This document shows, piece by piece, positions 55,595-64,000 of a stretch of 64,000 nucleotides of DNA (position 1 is the first letter of the stretch; each line of letters opens with the position of its first letter). The notes below the pieces were generated by a model. It saw only the letters and a list, made by a program, of their open reading frames with translations. It did not search any database and was not told where the DNA came from. Origin of the DNA: Vicinamibacteria bacterium. GTDB taxonomy: Bacteria; Acidobacteriota; Vicinamibacteria; Marinacidobacterales; Marinacidobacteraceae. Both the position numbers and the translations under genes were made by a program. The DNA lies in contig OY729431.1 of the NCBI GenBank assembly GCA_963422395.1, forward strand, positions 2,752,001 through 2,816,000, written 5' to 3'.

Positions 55595-58500
55595 TCAACG
55601 GTTCCTTTCGAACGGCTTTCCGCCTCCGGCGACGATCCGTTCGCCGATCGCATCCAGGCGTCCCCCGAGCAGGGCGTCGAGCTTCTCGAGAAGCTCGTCC
55701 AGTTCGCCCGACAATTCATCGAACACGGCATACGCGCCGTCCGTCGGCTTCGCATCGCCGGTTTCCACGCTTCGGCGAAGGGAGGCCAGCCGGTTGTTCA
55801 GGCGGATCGGAAAATTCAGCGGATCCTGGTTGCTACGGTTCTTCGTCTGGTAGAGCGCCTCCTCGATAGCGGTCATCTCCTCGATGAGCTGTCCCCCGTC
55901 GGCGATCAGGCTCTGATCGTTCGTCCCTTCCAGCCGTTCCTCGATCTGGGACCTCAGGGCACGGATCCGGATCACCGCCTCGTTCGCCATGGATGTCCGT
56001 TCCCGGATGCGCTCGGCAAGACGGAACTGCTCTTCGAGATCGGCGGTCGTCACCCCCTCGAGCCGCGGGTCGGCGATCAGCGTCAGATCCGTCGTCTCCG
56101 TCATCCCCCCCGCTTCGACGCGCACCTGGTACCGGCCCGGAGGTGCTTTCGGGCCGCTTTCCGCGCGGGCACTCCAGAGGATCATCCCGTCGAACCCGAC
56201 GGCCCCCCGGTAGCGGCCGTTCCAGACGAAGCGGTTGAGACCCTCGGCGGTCGTGGGAGTGGACGACCGGCGGGCACGAAAAAAGGAGAAGTCCGGTTCG
56301 GCTTTCGAGACCGGCTCCGTCCCCTCGAAGGAATCCACCAGCTCTCCGCCGGTGTCGAAGATCGACACGACGATCCGATCGACTTCCTCGGCGAGGTAGT
56401 ACTGGATCACCGCGTCCTGCACCCCGCGCACGGCCCGATCGGGCTCGAAAAGAGTCAAGGCGGCGCTTGGGACATCCGGGGTCCACTGGCGGAGCGGCTC
56501 GATGTCGTCGAGGATCCAAAAACCCCGCCCGTGCGTGCCCAGTACGACATCCCTTCCCTCGACGACCAGATCGCGGATCGGGGTGTCCGGCAGGTTCTGC
56601 TGGAGGGACATCCAGCGGTCTCCGTCGTTCCACGAGGCGTACACCCCATGCTCGGTGCCGAGGAACAGCAGCCCCTCGCGGACGGGGTCCTCGCGGACGG
56701 CGCGGGCGAAGTGTCCGGGGGGGATCCCGTCCACGATCGCCGCCCAGGTCGCTCCGTAATCCGTGGTGCGAAAGACATAGGGCTCGCGGTCATCCACCTG
56801 GTAACGATTCGCGGCGGCGAAGATCGTGCCTTCCCGGTGCGAGGACTCCTCGATGAGGCTGACGCGGCTGAACTTCGGCAGGTCCCGCGGCGTGATGTCG
56901 CTCCAGGTCGCTCCGTGGTCCCGAGTCACATGGATGCGCCCATCGTCGGATCCCACCCAGATGGTGTCCCGGTCGTGTCGTGACGGCGCCACCGCGAAGA
57001 TCGTCGCGTAGATCTCCGGCCCATTCATGTCCATCGTGATGAGTCCGCCGGTCTCGCCGAGTGTTTCCGGATCGGCGTAGGTCAGATCCGGGCTGATCTT
57101 CTTCCAGGACTGGCCGTCGTCGGTCGTCAGGTACAGGAACTGGGAACTGGTGTAGAGCCGATCCTCGTCGAGCGGAGAAAACACGATCGGGAAAGTCCAC
57201 TGCCAGCGGTCGGGCAAGGCACTGGCCGGTTCGCCGGAAAAGAAGCGCGGATAGACCTGGATGTCACGGATCTGCCCGCTCCCTCGGTGGTAGCGGGTCA
57301 GGAGTGCGCCCTGGCTGCCGGCGTAGAAGACATCGAGCTGTGAAGGATGCTGGGTGATGTGCCCGCTTTCTCCTCCCCCCACTGCGTAGTACCAGCGGCT
57401 CCCCGGACCCCGCGCCTGCATGTGGTCCCAGCCCTCGCTCGGCACGCACACCGTCGAGTTGTCCTGTTGCGCCCCGCACACATGGTAGGGAAAGTCGTTC
57501 GTTACATTCACACGATAGAGCTGCGTCGTCACATAGTCCTGGTCGGTCCAGGTCTCTCCGCCGTTGACGCTGACATTGCCCCCGCCATCGTTCGAGTTGC
57601 ACATGCGGAGAGGATCGTTGGGATCGATCCAGAGATCGTGCTGGTCGCCGTGCGGCGGACGGAGCACCTGATCGAAGGTCTCCCCGCCGTCCACCGATTT
57701 GTAGAACCCCGTGTTCAGCGCGTACACCGTATCGGCGTCCACCGGATCGGCGTACACCCGTGAGTAGTAGAAGGCGCGCTGACGCAGCTTGCGCTCGTCG
57801 TTCGTCAGCCGCCAGCTGGCTCCCCGGTCGTCCGAACGGAAAACGCCGCCCTCCGGGGCCTCGACGATCGCCCAGACGCGATCCGGATTCGCCGGAGAGA
57901 CCGTGACCCCGATCTTGCCGATCGGCCCTTCGGGCATGCCCGGGTTCCCGGTCAGTTCCGTCCAGGTGTCTCCGCCGTCCTCGGAACGGTAGAGACCGGA
58001 ATCGGGACCGCCGCCCCACATCTTCCAGGCCTTGCGGTACACCTGCCAAAGGCTCGCGTACAGCACCTCGGGGTTCGTCCGATCGATGATGAGGTCCGCC
58101 GCTCCCGCCCCCGGACCGACGAACAGCACCCGCTCCCAATTCGCCCCGGCGTCACGCGACCGGAAGACTCCGCGCTCCTCGTTGTCTCCGTACGGATGGC
58201 CCAGCGCTGCGACATAGACGATCTCCGGGTTCACCGGGTGAATCCGGATCCGGGAGATCGCCTGGGTGTCGGCGAGGCCTACATGACGCCAGGTGGCGCC
58301 GCCATCGGAACTCCGGTACACCCCGTCGCCCTGAGTGATGCTGCCTCGAAGCTGGGTTTCCCCGCCGCCGATGAAGAGGATGTCCGGGTTCGTCTCGGAC
58401 ACCGCCACCGCACCGATCGAGGAGCTCGAAATCTGCCCGTCGGTCACCGGAACCCAGGTGGTTCCGGAGTCCTCTGTCTTCCACAGACCGCCGCCGGTCG

Positions 58501-58702
58501 CACCGAAGTAATACTCGTGACGCCGCCCCGGGCTTCCGCTGCAGCTGAGCGAGCGCCCGCCGCGGGCTGGCCCGATGTTGCGCCACGCCAGGGTCTGGAT
58601 CTGCGAAGGCTCGGGACGAGAGCCCTGAGCGGCTGCCGGCAGCGCCAGGATCCAAAAGCAGGGGAACAGCATCCAGCGGAAGCCGTATCGGCGATGACTC
58701 AT
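55595..58702 (-). CDS. secreted BNR/VPS10-like repeat protein (glycosyl hydrolase-like)
   Basis: signal peptide, WRNIGPARGGR, many SxDxGxTW Asp-box repeats. Confidence 0.9.
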   Translation of the reverse strand: MSHRRYGFRWMLFPCFWILALPAAAQGSRPEPSQIQTLAWRNIGPARGGRSLSCSGSPGRRHEYYFGATGGGLWKTEDSGTTWVPVTDGQISSSSIGAVAVSETNPDILFIGGGETQLRGSITQGDGVYRSSDGGATWRHVGLADTQAISRIRIHPVNPEIVYVAALGHPYGDNEERGVFRSRDAGANWERVLFVGPGAGAADLIIDRTNPEVLYASLWQVYRKAWKMWGGGPDSGLYRSEDGGDTWTELTGNPGMPEGPIGKIGVTVSPANPDRVWAIVEAPEGGVFRSDDRGASWRLTNDERKLRQRAFYYSRVYADPVDADTVYALNTGFYKSVDGGETFDQVLRPPHGDQHDLWIDPNDPLRMCNSNDGGGNVSVNGGETWTDQDYVTTQLYRVNVTNDFPYHVCGAQQDNSTVCVPSEGWDHMQARGPGSRWYYAVGGGESGHITQHPSQLDVFYAGSQGALLTRYHRGSGQIRDIQVYPRFFSGEPASALPDRWQWTFPIVFSPLDEDRLYTSSQFLYLTTDDGQSWKKISPDLTYADPETLGETGGLITMDMNGPEIYATIFAVAPSRHDRDTIWVGSDDGRIHVTRDHGATWSDITPRDLPKFSRVSLIEESSHREGTIFAAANRYQVDDREPYVFRTTDYGATWAAIVDGIPPGHFARAVREDPVREGLLFLGTEHGVYASWNDGDRWMSLQQNLPDTPIRDLVVEGRDVVLGTHGRGFWILDDIEPLRQWTPDVPSAALTLFEPDRAVRGVQDAVIQYYLAEEVDRIVVSIFDTGGELVDSFEGTEPVSKAEPDFSFFRARRSSTPTTAEGLNRFVWNGRYRGAVGFDGMILWSARAESGPKAPPGRYQVRVEAGGMTETTDLTLIADPRLEGVTTADLEEQFRLAERIRERTSMANEAVIRIRALRSQIEERLEGTNDQSLIADGGQLIEEMTAIEEALYQTKNRSNQDPLNFPIRLNNRLASLRRSVETGDAKPTDGAYAVFDELSGELDELLEKLDALLGGRLDAIGERIVAGGGKPFERNR

Positions 58703-58765
58703 CGAAACCCTCCTGGGGGAAGCGCCGCCACCGGGCGGTTCGGGCGGGGAGCATATGGCTGGAAG

Positions 58766-58786
58766 CCTTTATCCACAGACTGCTAG
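58766..58786. repeat. isolated MITE-like end containing TTATCCACA
   Basis: cctttatccacagactgctag resembles the right inverted repeat of 59745..59934. Confidence 0.55.
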
Positions 58787-58798
58787 GCTTCCGCCTCC

Positions 58799-59062
58799 GT
58801 GGCCAATCGTTCCCGTCAGACTTTCCTGAAGCGCCGCAAGGAAAAAGAGCGGGTCGCACGGCAGCGGGCCAAGGAAATGCGCCGCCGCGAGCGGGCGGTC
58901 GGGAAGGTCCATGAGGTCCCCAGCCACGGAGCCGGAGATCGGGACCTCGAGGGGATCGTGCCCGGCCCGCAGGAGCCCGTGTGGAAGATCGCCGGGGTGC
59001 TGACGGACGAGGAAGTGGACGCACTCGAAGAGGAAGAAGAGGAAGAGCGCGTCCGCGCCTGA
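58799..59062 (+). CDS. small hypothetical protein with basic N-terminus and acidic C-terminus
   Basis: RQTFLKRRKEKER...DLEGIVPGPQ...EEEEEE; extended -10 TGCTAGGCT just upstream. Confidence 0.75.
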   Translation: MANRSRQTFLKRRKEKERVARQRAKEMRRRERAVGKVHEVPSHGAGDRDLEGIVPGPQEPVWKIAGVLTDEEVDALEEEEEEERVRA

Positions 59063-59290
59063 ATTTCCGGGCACCCGCCCGGATCCCGGGGAGGATCTTC
59101 CCGGTGAGGTCCGGAGCGTCGCCGTCGAGCGGACCGGCGGCAGCGAGATCGCCCTGCTGGCCAACTCCGGTTGGCCGACCTGAGCGAAGGCGCCCGCGAG
59201 ACCATCCGGGAACTCGTCCGCAGTGACTGCCTCGTCGCCGGCGCCGCAGTCCCCGGTGATACACTAGATCGGTTACGGCGAAATTCGGTC

Positions 59291-59364
59291 GGCGGGGTAG
59301 CTCAGCCGGTTAGAGCGAAGGACTCATAACCCTTAGGTCGGCGGTTCGAGTCCGCCCCCCGCTA
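59291..59364 (+). tRNA. tRNA-Met(CAT), elongator type
   Basis: cloverleaf GGCGGGG/CCCCGCT, D arm GCTC/GAGC, anticodon loop CTCATAA, T loop TTCGAGT; A31-C39 mismatch; CCA not encoded. Confidence 0.93.
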
Positions 59365-59415
59365 CCGGCCCGGTCCGGGTGCTCCCGGAAACGGGAGAGC
59401 CCCGAGGGAGAGGTC

Positions 59416-59745
59416 ATGAGCACCAGACGAACATTCAAGATCAAAGCTCGGCGCGGGGTGTCCTGCCCCGAGGTGTACGCGAATTTCTGTGAGGCCACCC
59501 ATTCACCTTTCGATCTGACGCTCACTTTCTGCAATCTCACCGGAATCCAGCCGGAAGACCTCGCGAATACCGACTCTTCGGGAGAGGCGGTCGTTCGGGC
59601 CGATCCCAAGACCCGGATAACTCTTCCGTTCCGGATCGTCCCCGCTCTGATCAAGATGCTCGAGACCCAGATGCGAGCGGTGGAAGAGGCCGAGAACGAA
59701 GAACCGCCGCCTTCCCGGGGCACCGACTTCTCGCTGGTGCATTAG
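59416..59745 (+). CDS. DUF3467-like protein
   Basis: VYANF...HSPFDLTLTF...RITLP motif pattern; SD GAGG. Confidence 0.7.
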   Translation: MSTRRTFKIKARRGVSCPEVYANFCEATHSPFDLTLTFCNLTGIQPEDLANTDSSGEAVVRADPKTRITLPFRIVPALIKMLETQMRAVEEAENEEPPPSRGTDFSLVH

Positions 59746-59934
59746 CAGCCTGTGGACAAAGTCACACGGCCGTCGACCGACGATGCCCAGTTCTCCCGGT
59801 GGGGGCCCCGCCTGAACCGCTTCGCTCGGCGTTGCGATTCCGTCGGAATACACCCGGTATGCCTCCCGATTCGCGCCTTGTCCGCCGGGCGCCTCCCCGG
59901 TCTCAGTGCTCGCGCCACTTCATCCACAGGCTGC
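59745..59934. mobile_element. MITE (about 190 bp) with terminal inverted repeats and TA duplication
   Basis: tTA|GCAGCCTGTGGACAAAGT ... ACTTCATCCACAGGCTGC|TAg; no coding capacity. Confidence 0.8.
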
Positions 59935-60064
59935 TAGCAATTTGTAGATGAAGCGGCGCACGCCCCGACAGGGGTCCCGTTCTCCCGGTCGGGTCTCCCC
60001 GATCGGGGCCCCCTCGCTACGCGGCACGGCCGGGGGGCTTCGGAAACAGGCTGCGGGCGGACCG

Positions 60065-60523
60065 ATGCAGGCGCGGGAGCCCTTACGTCCTGATTCCGCG
60101 AACGCTCCGCCCCGGAGGAGGACCGAACGCGACGGAGCGCTCGACCGGATCCAGGCCGCGCGCGCCGCAGTGGCCGGGAAGTCCCTCTGGTGGAAGCGAG
60201 GGAGCGTCGGAGGGGTCGCTCTCGCCATTGGGGTAGGGGTGCTGCAGGGATGGCCGCTTCTTCACCTGAGCGCCGTCCCGCTGGCCCTGCTCTGCTGGTG
60301 GGGCGACGCTGCCCTCACCCGGGCCGACAGCCGCCTGCAAACTCTCTACCGCACCGTGTTCGAGGGAACCATTCCCCCTCCGCTCCCAGGGGAAGAAACA
60401 GTCGTTGCGGACCGGCCGACGGAACCACCGCACGCATTGCGGCAGGCCCTGTTTTCAGGTCCGGGGTCCGGGCTCCATCTGATGATGATCGGTATCGCCG
60501 TCCTGGGCAACCTTCTCCTCTGA
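60065..60523 (+). CDS. hypothetical membrane protein
   Basis: hydrophobic hairpin, WWGDA...LY, C-terminal TM helix. Confidence 0.6.
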   Translation: MQAREPLRPDSANAPPRRRTERDGALDRIQAARAAVAGKSLWWKRGSVGGVALAIGVGVLQGWPLLHLSAVPLALLCWWGDAALTRADSRLQTLYRTVFEGTIPPPLPGEETVVADRPTEPPHALRQALFSGPGSGLHLMMIGIAVLGNLLL

Positions 60524-60790
60524 TCCAGCGACCGCCGCTGCTGCTGGAATCGAAATCCTCTCCTCGACGAGCATGATCGGGATTCCATTCCGAATCGGAT
60601 AGAGGAATCTCTGGTCTTCCGTCACCAGGCCCGCGTCCGGAACCTCGGAAACCGCCGTGCCTGCGGCTCCCGTGAGGGCGCCGGCCCGGGCGGCCCGGTG
60701 CAGCCGGTCCAGCAGCGCCGCCGGTGCCTCGTGAACCGGCCGCCTCGTCTCGGGACAGCAGAGGATCGAGAGAAGTTCGGGATGGATCAT
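60455..60790 (-). CDS. Trm112-like protein
   Basis: LLSILCCPET...YPIRNGIPIMLVEE. Confidence 0.88.
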   Translation of the reverse strand: MIHPELLSILCCPETRRPVHEAPAALLDRLHRAARAGALTGAAGTAVSEVPDAGLVTEDQRFLYPIRNGIPIMLVEERISIPAAAAVAGSEEKVAQDGDTDHHQMEPGPRT

Positions 60791-60821
60791 CGCAACGAGG
60801 CAGTCAGTCCCGGCGCCCTCC

Positions 60822-60908
60822 TGGTGCCGGAGGAGGGGGTCGAACCCTCACGGCCCCAAGGGCCGCGGGATTTTGAGTCCCGTGCGTCTGCCATTCCGCC
60901 ACTCCGGC
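60822..60908 (-). tRNA. tRNA-Leu(CAA)
   Basis: GCCGGAG/CTCCGGC stem, anticodon loop CTCAAAA, long variable arm, encoded CCA. Confidence 0.96.
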
Positions 60909-61070
60909 AGGCCCCGGGCGCCGTCGCTGCTCGACAGCCTCGATGGGAGCAAGTGTACCCACGGTCTCATCAGCGCGCCGCCCCGCGGACGGCACGAAAA
61001 CAACCCGCAGGCTCATGGTATCCTTCTAGGTCGGTCGTCACCCCGATATTCACGGAGGCGTTGCTCGTCC

Positions 61071-61703
61071 ATGCAGTTCGCAGTGGGAGACAAGGTGATC
61101 TACCCTAACCAGGGGATCAGCGTCGTCGAGAGCATCGAGTTGTCGCCTAGCGCTTCCGGTATGAGCTTCTACCGCTTGCGCCTGCTGGCGAAGTCCACTC
61201 TGGTCATGGTCCCCATCGAGAAAGTGGACGAGGTCGGCCTGCGGCCGATCATGAGTGAGAGCGATGTGGAAGAGGTCCTCGATGTCCTCGAGCACGGTGC
61301 CGTCAACGAACAGTTGAATTGGAAGACCCGGTACAAGGACAACTCCGACCGGATGAAGAGCGGATCTCCGGTCGAGGTGGCCGGAGTTCTCAAGGGCCTC
61401 TTCTACCTGAGCGAACGGAAGACGCTCTCCTTTCGGGAGAAGCGGATGCTCGACCGCGCCCATCAGCTCACCGTTACCGAAGTCGCCGAAGTGGCCAGGG
61501 AGACTCTCGAAGACGTCGAGCGGAAAGTCGTCGAGGCGCTCCGCCGCAGCCGCCAGGGGCAGGAGGGCGCTGCGTCGCGGGAGGAAAACGGAGGACACGG
61601 AGCGACCAGCGTGGTGCCGTCGAAGCCTCCGAAGCGACGACGGTCCGCCCGGGGTGCGGAAGGGCGCCGCCGCCCCGTATCTATCTCGATCAATCGGTAC
61701 TGA
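61071..61703 (+). CDS. carD: CarD-family transcriptional regulator
   Basis: FAVGDKVIYPNQG, VGLRP, conserved Trp in NWKTRY, LSFREKRML; SD GGAGG. Confidence 0.93.
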   Translation: MQFAVGDKVIYPNQGISVVESIELSPSASGMSFYRLRLLAKSTLVMVPIEKVDEVGLRPIMSESDVEEVLDVLEHGAVNEQLNWKTRYKDNSDRMKSGSPVEVAGVLKGLFYLSERKTLSFREKRMLDRAHQLTVTEVAEVARETLEDVERKVVEALRRSRQGQEGAASREENGGHGATSVVPSKPPKRRRSARGAEGRRRPVSISINRY

Positions 61704-61780
61704 GATCCCGTCACGGAGCCCGGGGTCCTGCATCGCAGTCTGCCGACGCGACCGCACCGCTCGTCTCTGTCCGTGGGGCC

Positions 61781-62560
61781 GTGGCTTCGGCTCGGAGTAT
61801 CCGCCGGACCGCCCGGGCGGTGGTGGGCACCCTCGGAATCGCGCTGACGCTGCCTCTGCTCCTCATCGCGGGGCTCGTTCTCATCCCCCTCGGGGATCTG
61901 TTCAGCGGCCGCCGCCGGCTGGGCTATGAAATCGGCCGGCGCATCGTCGGGGTGTGTTGGCGCATCGTCGGGATCCAGATGGTGGAGCGGGACCGATGGC
62001 GGATCGAGCCCATGGAAACCCGGGTGTACATGCTCAACCACGAATCTCTGCTGGACATGCCACAGGTGCTCTACCTGTTACCCGGCGCGAACGGCACCCT
62101 GATCAAACAGGAGGCGTTCCGGGTGCCTCTCGTGGGTTGGGCTTTCCGGGCGGTTGGCTTCACACCCGTCCACCGCAAGAACCCAGTGGCCGCACAGAAG
62201 AGCCTGCGCCATGCTGTAGAAGCCGTCATCGCGGGGAGATCGTTCGTGATCGCACCCGAGGGGACGAGAAGCCGAACGGGGCGGCTCGGCCGCTTCAAGG
62301 TCGGAGGGTTCCGGATCGCCATCGAGGCCGGAGTCCCCGTCGCGCCCATCACCGTGCGGGGGGCAAGAGAAACCATGCCGCCCGGTTCGCGGCTCGTGTA
62401 CCCCGGGATCATCGAAGTGCGCTATCACGACCCGGTGGAAACGACGGGCCTGGATGCGAAGGATCGACGCCAGGTAACACAATTGAGCGACCAGGTGCGC
62501 CGCGCGATCGGGAGCGGCCTCGGAAGAGGAGGATCCGCAGGGGCCTCGGACCTCGACTAG
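61781..62560 (+). CDS. plsC: 1-acyl-sn-glycerol-3-phosphate acyltransferase (start approximate)
   Basis: NHESLLD, PEGTRS, FKVGGF. Confidence 0.9.
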   Translation: MASARSIRRTARAVVGTLGIALTLPLLLIAGLVLIPLGDLFSGRRRLGYEIGRRIVGVCWRIVGIQMVERDRWRIEPMETRVYMLNHESLLDMPQVLYLLPGANGTLIKQEAFRVPLVGWAFRAVGFTPVHRKNPVAAQKSLRHAVEAVIAGRSFVIAPEGTRSRTGRLGRFKVGGFRIAIEAGVPVAPITVRGARETMPPGSRLVYPGIIEVRYHDPVETTGLDAKDRRQVTQLSDQVRRAIGSGLGRGGSAGASDLD

Positions 62561-62579
62561 AATTCGAGGTTCGGCACCG

Positions 62580-62780
62580 TTAGCAGTCAGCCGGGATGCA
62601 TCGCCGGTCGCTCCGAGCGGGGTCGAATATGGTCCCGCGAGCACGCCGGAGAGTGAGGGCTCCCGGTCGGGATCCATCCGATATCCCTCCTGCATGGCAC
62701 CTCGTCCGCCGCGCACCCGCCACCACCGGGAGAACGGGTCCGTGCTCGGGGCTCGCGGCATTCCATCCACAAGTCTGTTG
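62580..62780. mobile_element. degenerate full-length copy of the MITE
   Basis: begins ttagcagtc, ends catccacaagtctgttg; 62666-62717 matches 59842-59893 at 39/52 positions without gaps. Confidence 0.6.
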
Positions 62781-62794
62781 GTAATCTGATCAGG

Positions 62795-63541
62795 GTGTAC
62801 CGGTCCGAACGAACACTCGTCTTTCTCCGCCACGGCGAAAGCGTCTGGAACCGGGAGAATCGGTTCACCGGTTGGGCGGATGTCCCCTTGACGGCAACGG
62901 GCACCCAGCAGGCGCGCCGGGCCGGAGAACGACTCCTGGCGGCGCAGATCGCTCCGGTGGCGGCCTACGCATCCATGCTGAAGCGGGCGATCCACACGCT
63001 GCGGGAAGTGCTCGACCAGCTGGATCGCCCGTGGCTCCCGACCCGCTTCGCCCTGGAACTGAACGAGCGCCACTATGGCGCGCTGCAGGGGAAGGACAAG
63101 GCGGAGACGGAACGCCGCTACGGCGTGGAGCAGACGGCTGCCTGGAGGCGCGGTTTCGCCGAGACCCCTCCGCTCATCGCGCCAGACGACCCGCGAAATC
63201 CTCGTTTCGACCGGCGATATGCCGGAGTGCCCGAAGACAGTCTGCCCCGAGGCGAGTCACTGCAAGCCACCCTTCGCCGGGTCGTCCCGTACTGGGAGCG
63301 GGTGATCGCCCCCGTTCTCGAAACCGGACCCGTTCTGGTGGTGGCGCATGGCAACAGCCTCAGGGCGCTCGCCATGCACCTCGAGGGCATCGGTCCGGAA
63401 GCGATCCGGGAACGGAACATCCCGACCGCGATCCCGCTCGTCTATCGGCTCGACAGCGCCCTCGGCGTGCGCAACCGGAGGTATCTCGCCGATGACGAAG
63501 AGCTCGCTGCCGGGTTGGAGCGAGCCGAACAACGCCCCTGA
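62795..63541 (+). CDS. gpmA: 2,3-bisphosphoglycerate-dependent phosphoglycerate mutase
   Basis: LRHGESVWN, FTGWADV, LNERHYGALQG, AHGNSLR. Confidence 0.96.
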   Translation: MYRSERTLVFLRHGESVWNRENRFTGWADVPLTATGTQQARRAGERLLAAQIAPVAAYASMLKRAIHTLREVLDQLDRPWLPTRFALELNERHYGALQGKDKAETERRYGVEQTAAWRRGFAETPPLIAPDDPRNPRFDRRYAGVPEDSLPRGESLQATLRRVVPYWERVIAPVLETGPVLVVAHGNSLRALAMHLEGIGPEAIRERNIPTAIPLVYRLDSALGVRNRRYLADDEELAAGLERAEQRP

Positions 63542-63626
63542 TGGCTCCCTGCCGACTGCATCTCCCTGTTGACGGGAGCAGTGCCTAGAAGCGGCGTGGG
63601 GGCGCCTGCCCGAAGGCTCGCCGGCC

Positions 63627-64000
63627 TCACCCGCTAGTGGAGGCAGTCGAAGTCGAGGCAGGGCGTCCGAGTCCGAGGTTCGTCTTGCCGCGGAAGGAGC
63701 GGTACCCATGTTCCCGCAGCAGGGCTCCGAGGGCATCCTCGCCGTCCTCGCGGCACCGGGTGGCTGCACCCACCGAGAGGATCGTCTCCGATTCGGCGGC
63801 AGCGGCCTCGACCGCCTCCATCACTTCGGGCACCCGTTCCATGCCCACCTTGATCTCCACGATGGCGGAGAGCACCCGTTCCCCGAGCAGGTCCTCCCGA
63901 ATCGCACCGGTCGCCACATCGCTCATGAGGTTGGTCACCGGGTTCTTCTCTTCGAAAGAAACCCCGAGAGCGGCGAGCCGCTGCGTAACCCGGTCCATGT
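63627..64000 (-). CDS. conserved-looking hypothetical protein, C-terminal part (runs off the window end)
   Basis: open frame with NPVT...VLSAIVE...GKTNLGLGR; product cannot be assigned from this fragment. Confidence 0.6.
   Translation of the reverse strand, partial: MDRVTQRLAALGVSFEEKNPVTNLMSDVATGAIREDLLGERVLSAIVEIKVGMERVPEVMEAVEAAAAESETILSVGAATRCREDGEDALGALLREHGYRSFRGKTNLGLGRPASTSTASTSG

Noticed and set aside
58769-59930. DnaA-box-like sequences as oriC
   Set aside because: Few and scattered, all inside repeat ends; no AT-rich unwinding element and no dnaA/dnaN nearby
59291-60908. Region between the two tRNAs as an integrated island
   Set aside because: No integrase, no duplicated tRNA 3' end and no obvious compositional shift

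Overview
High-GC chromosomal window. Gene content (VWA, ASPIC/UnbV, VPS10/BNR and TPR proteins, HslU with a 'MVEYLP' N-terminus) suggests Acidobacteriota; this is inference. It holds mostly housekeeping genes: (1) a minus-strand respiratory cluster with Rieske protein, cyt b6-like subunit, subunit IV, a membrane-anchored octaheme cytochrome c and an A1-type heme-copper oxidase; (2) trpDCFBA followed by a DAHP-synthase homologue and a HEAT-repeat protein; (3) two secreted amidases, three tandem secreted TPR paralogues, an ASPIC/UnbV protein, ABC-F, rnhA, PhzF and a sigma70 factor; (4) TamB/Omp85/SurA-like genes, acyl-CoA carboxylase subunits, transaldolase, hslVU, an ECF-like sigma, glycerate kinase, AIM24, Nudix, a BNR protein, tRNA-Met, tRNA-Leu, carD, plsC and gpmA. 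Signals the ORF track does not show: an intact DAHP-synthase homologue whose catalytic residues are systematically replaced (candidate pseudoenzyme); a CxxU selenoprotein with an fdhF-like SECIS; a Trp-containing leader peptide ahead of trpD; a sigma54 promoter driving a sigma70 gene; a CUG-initiated hslU; a Cys-stapled TPR paralogue family; a dispersed MITE family; and a 34-aa membrane sORF. No CRISPR array, rRNA, phage or transposase gene was seen.
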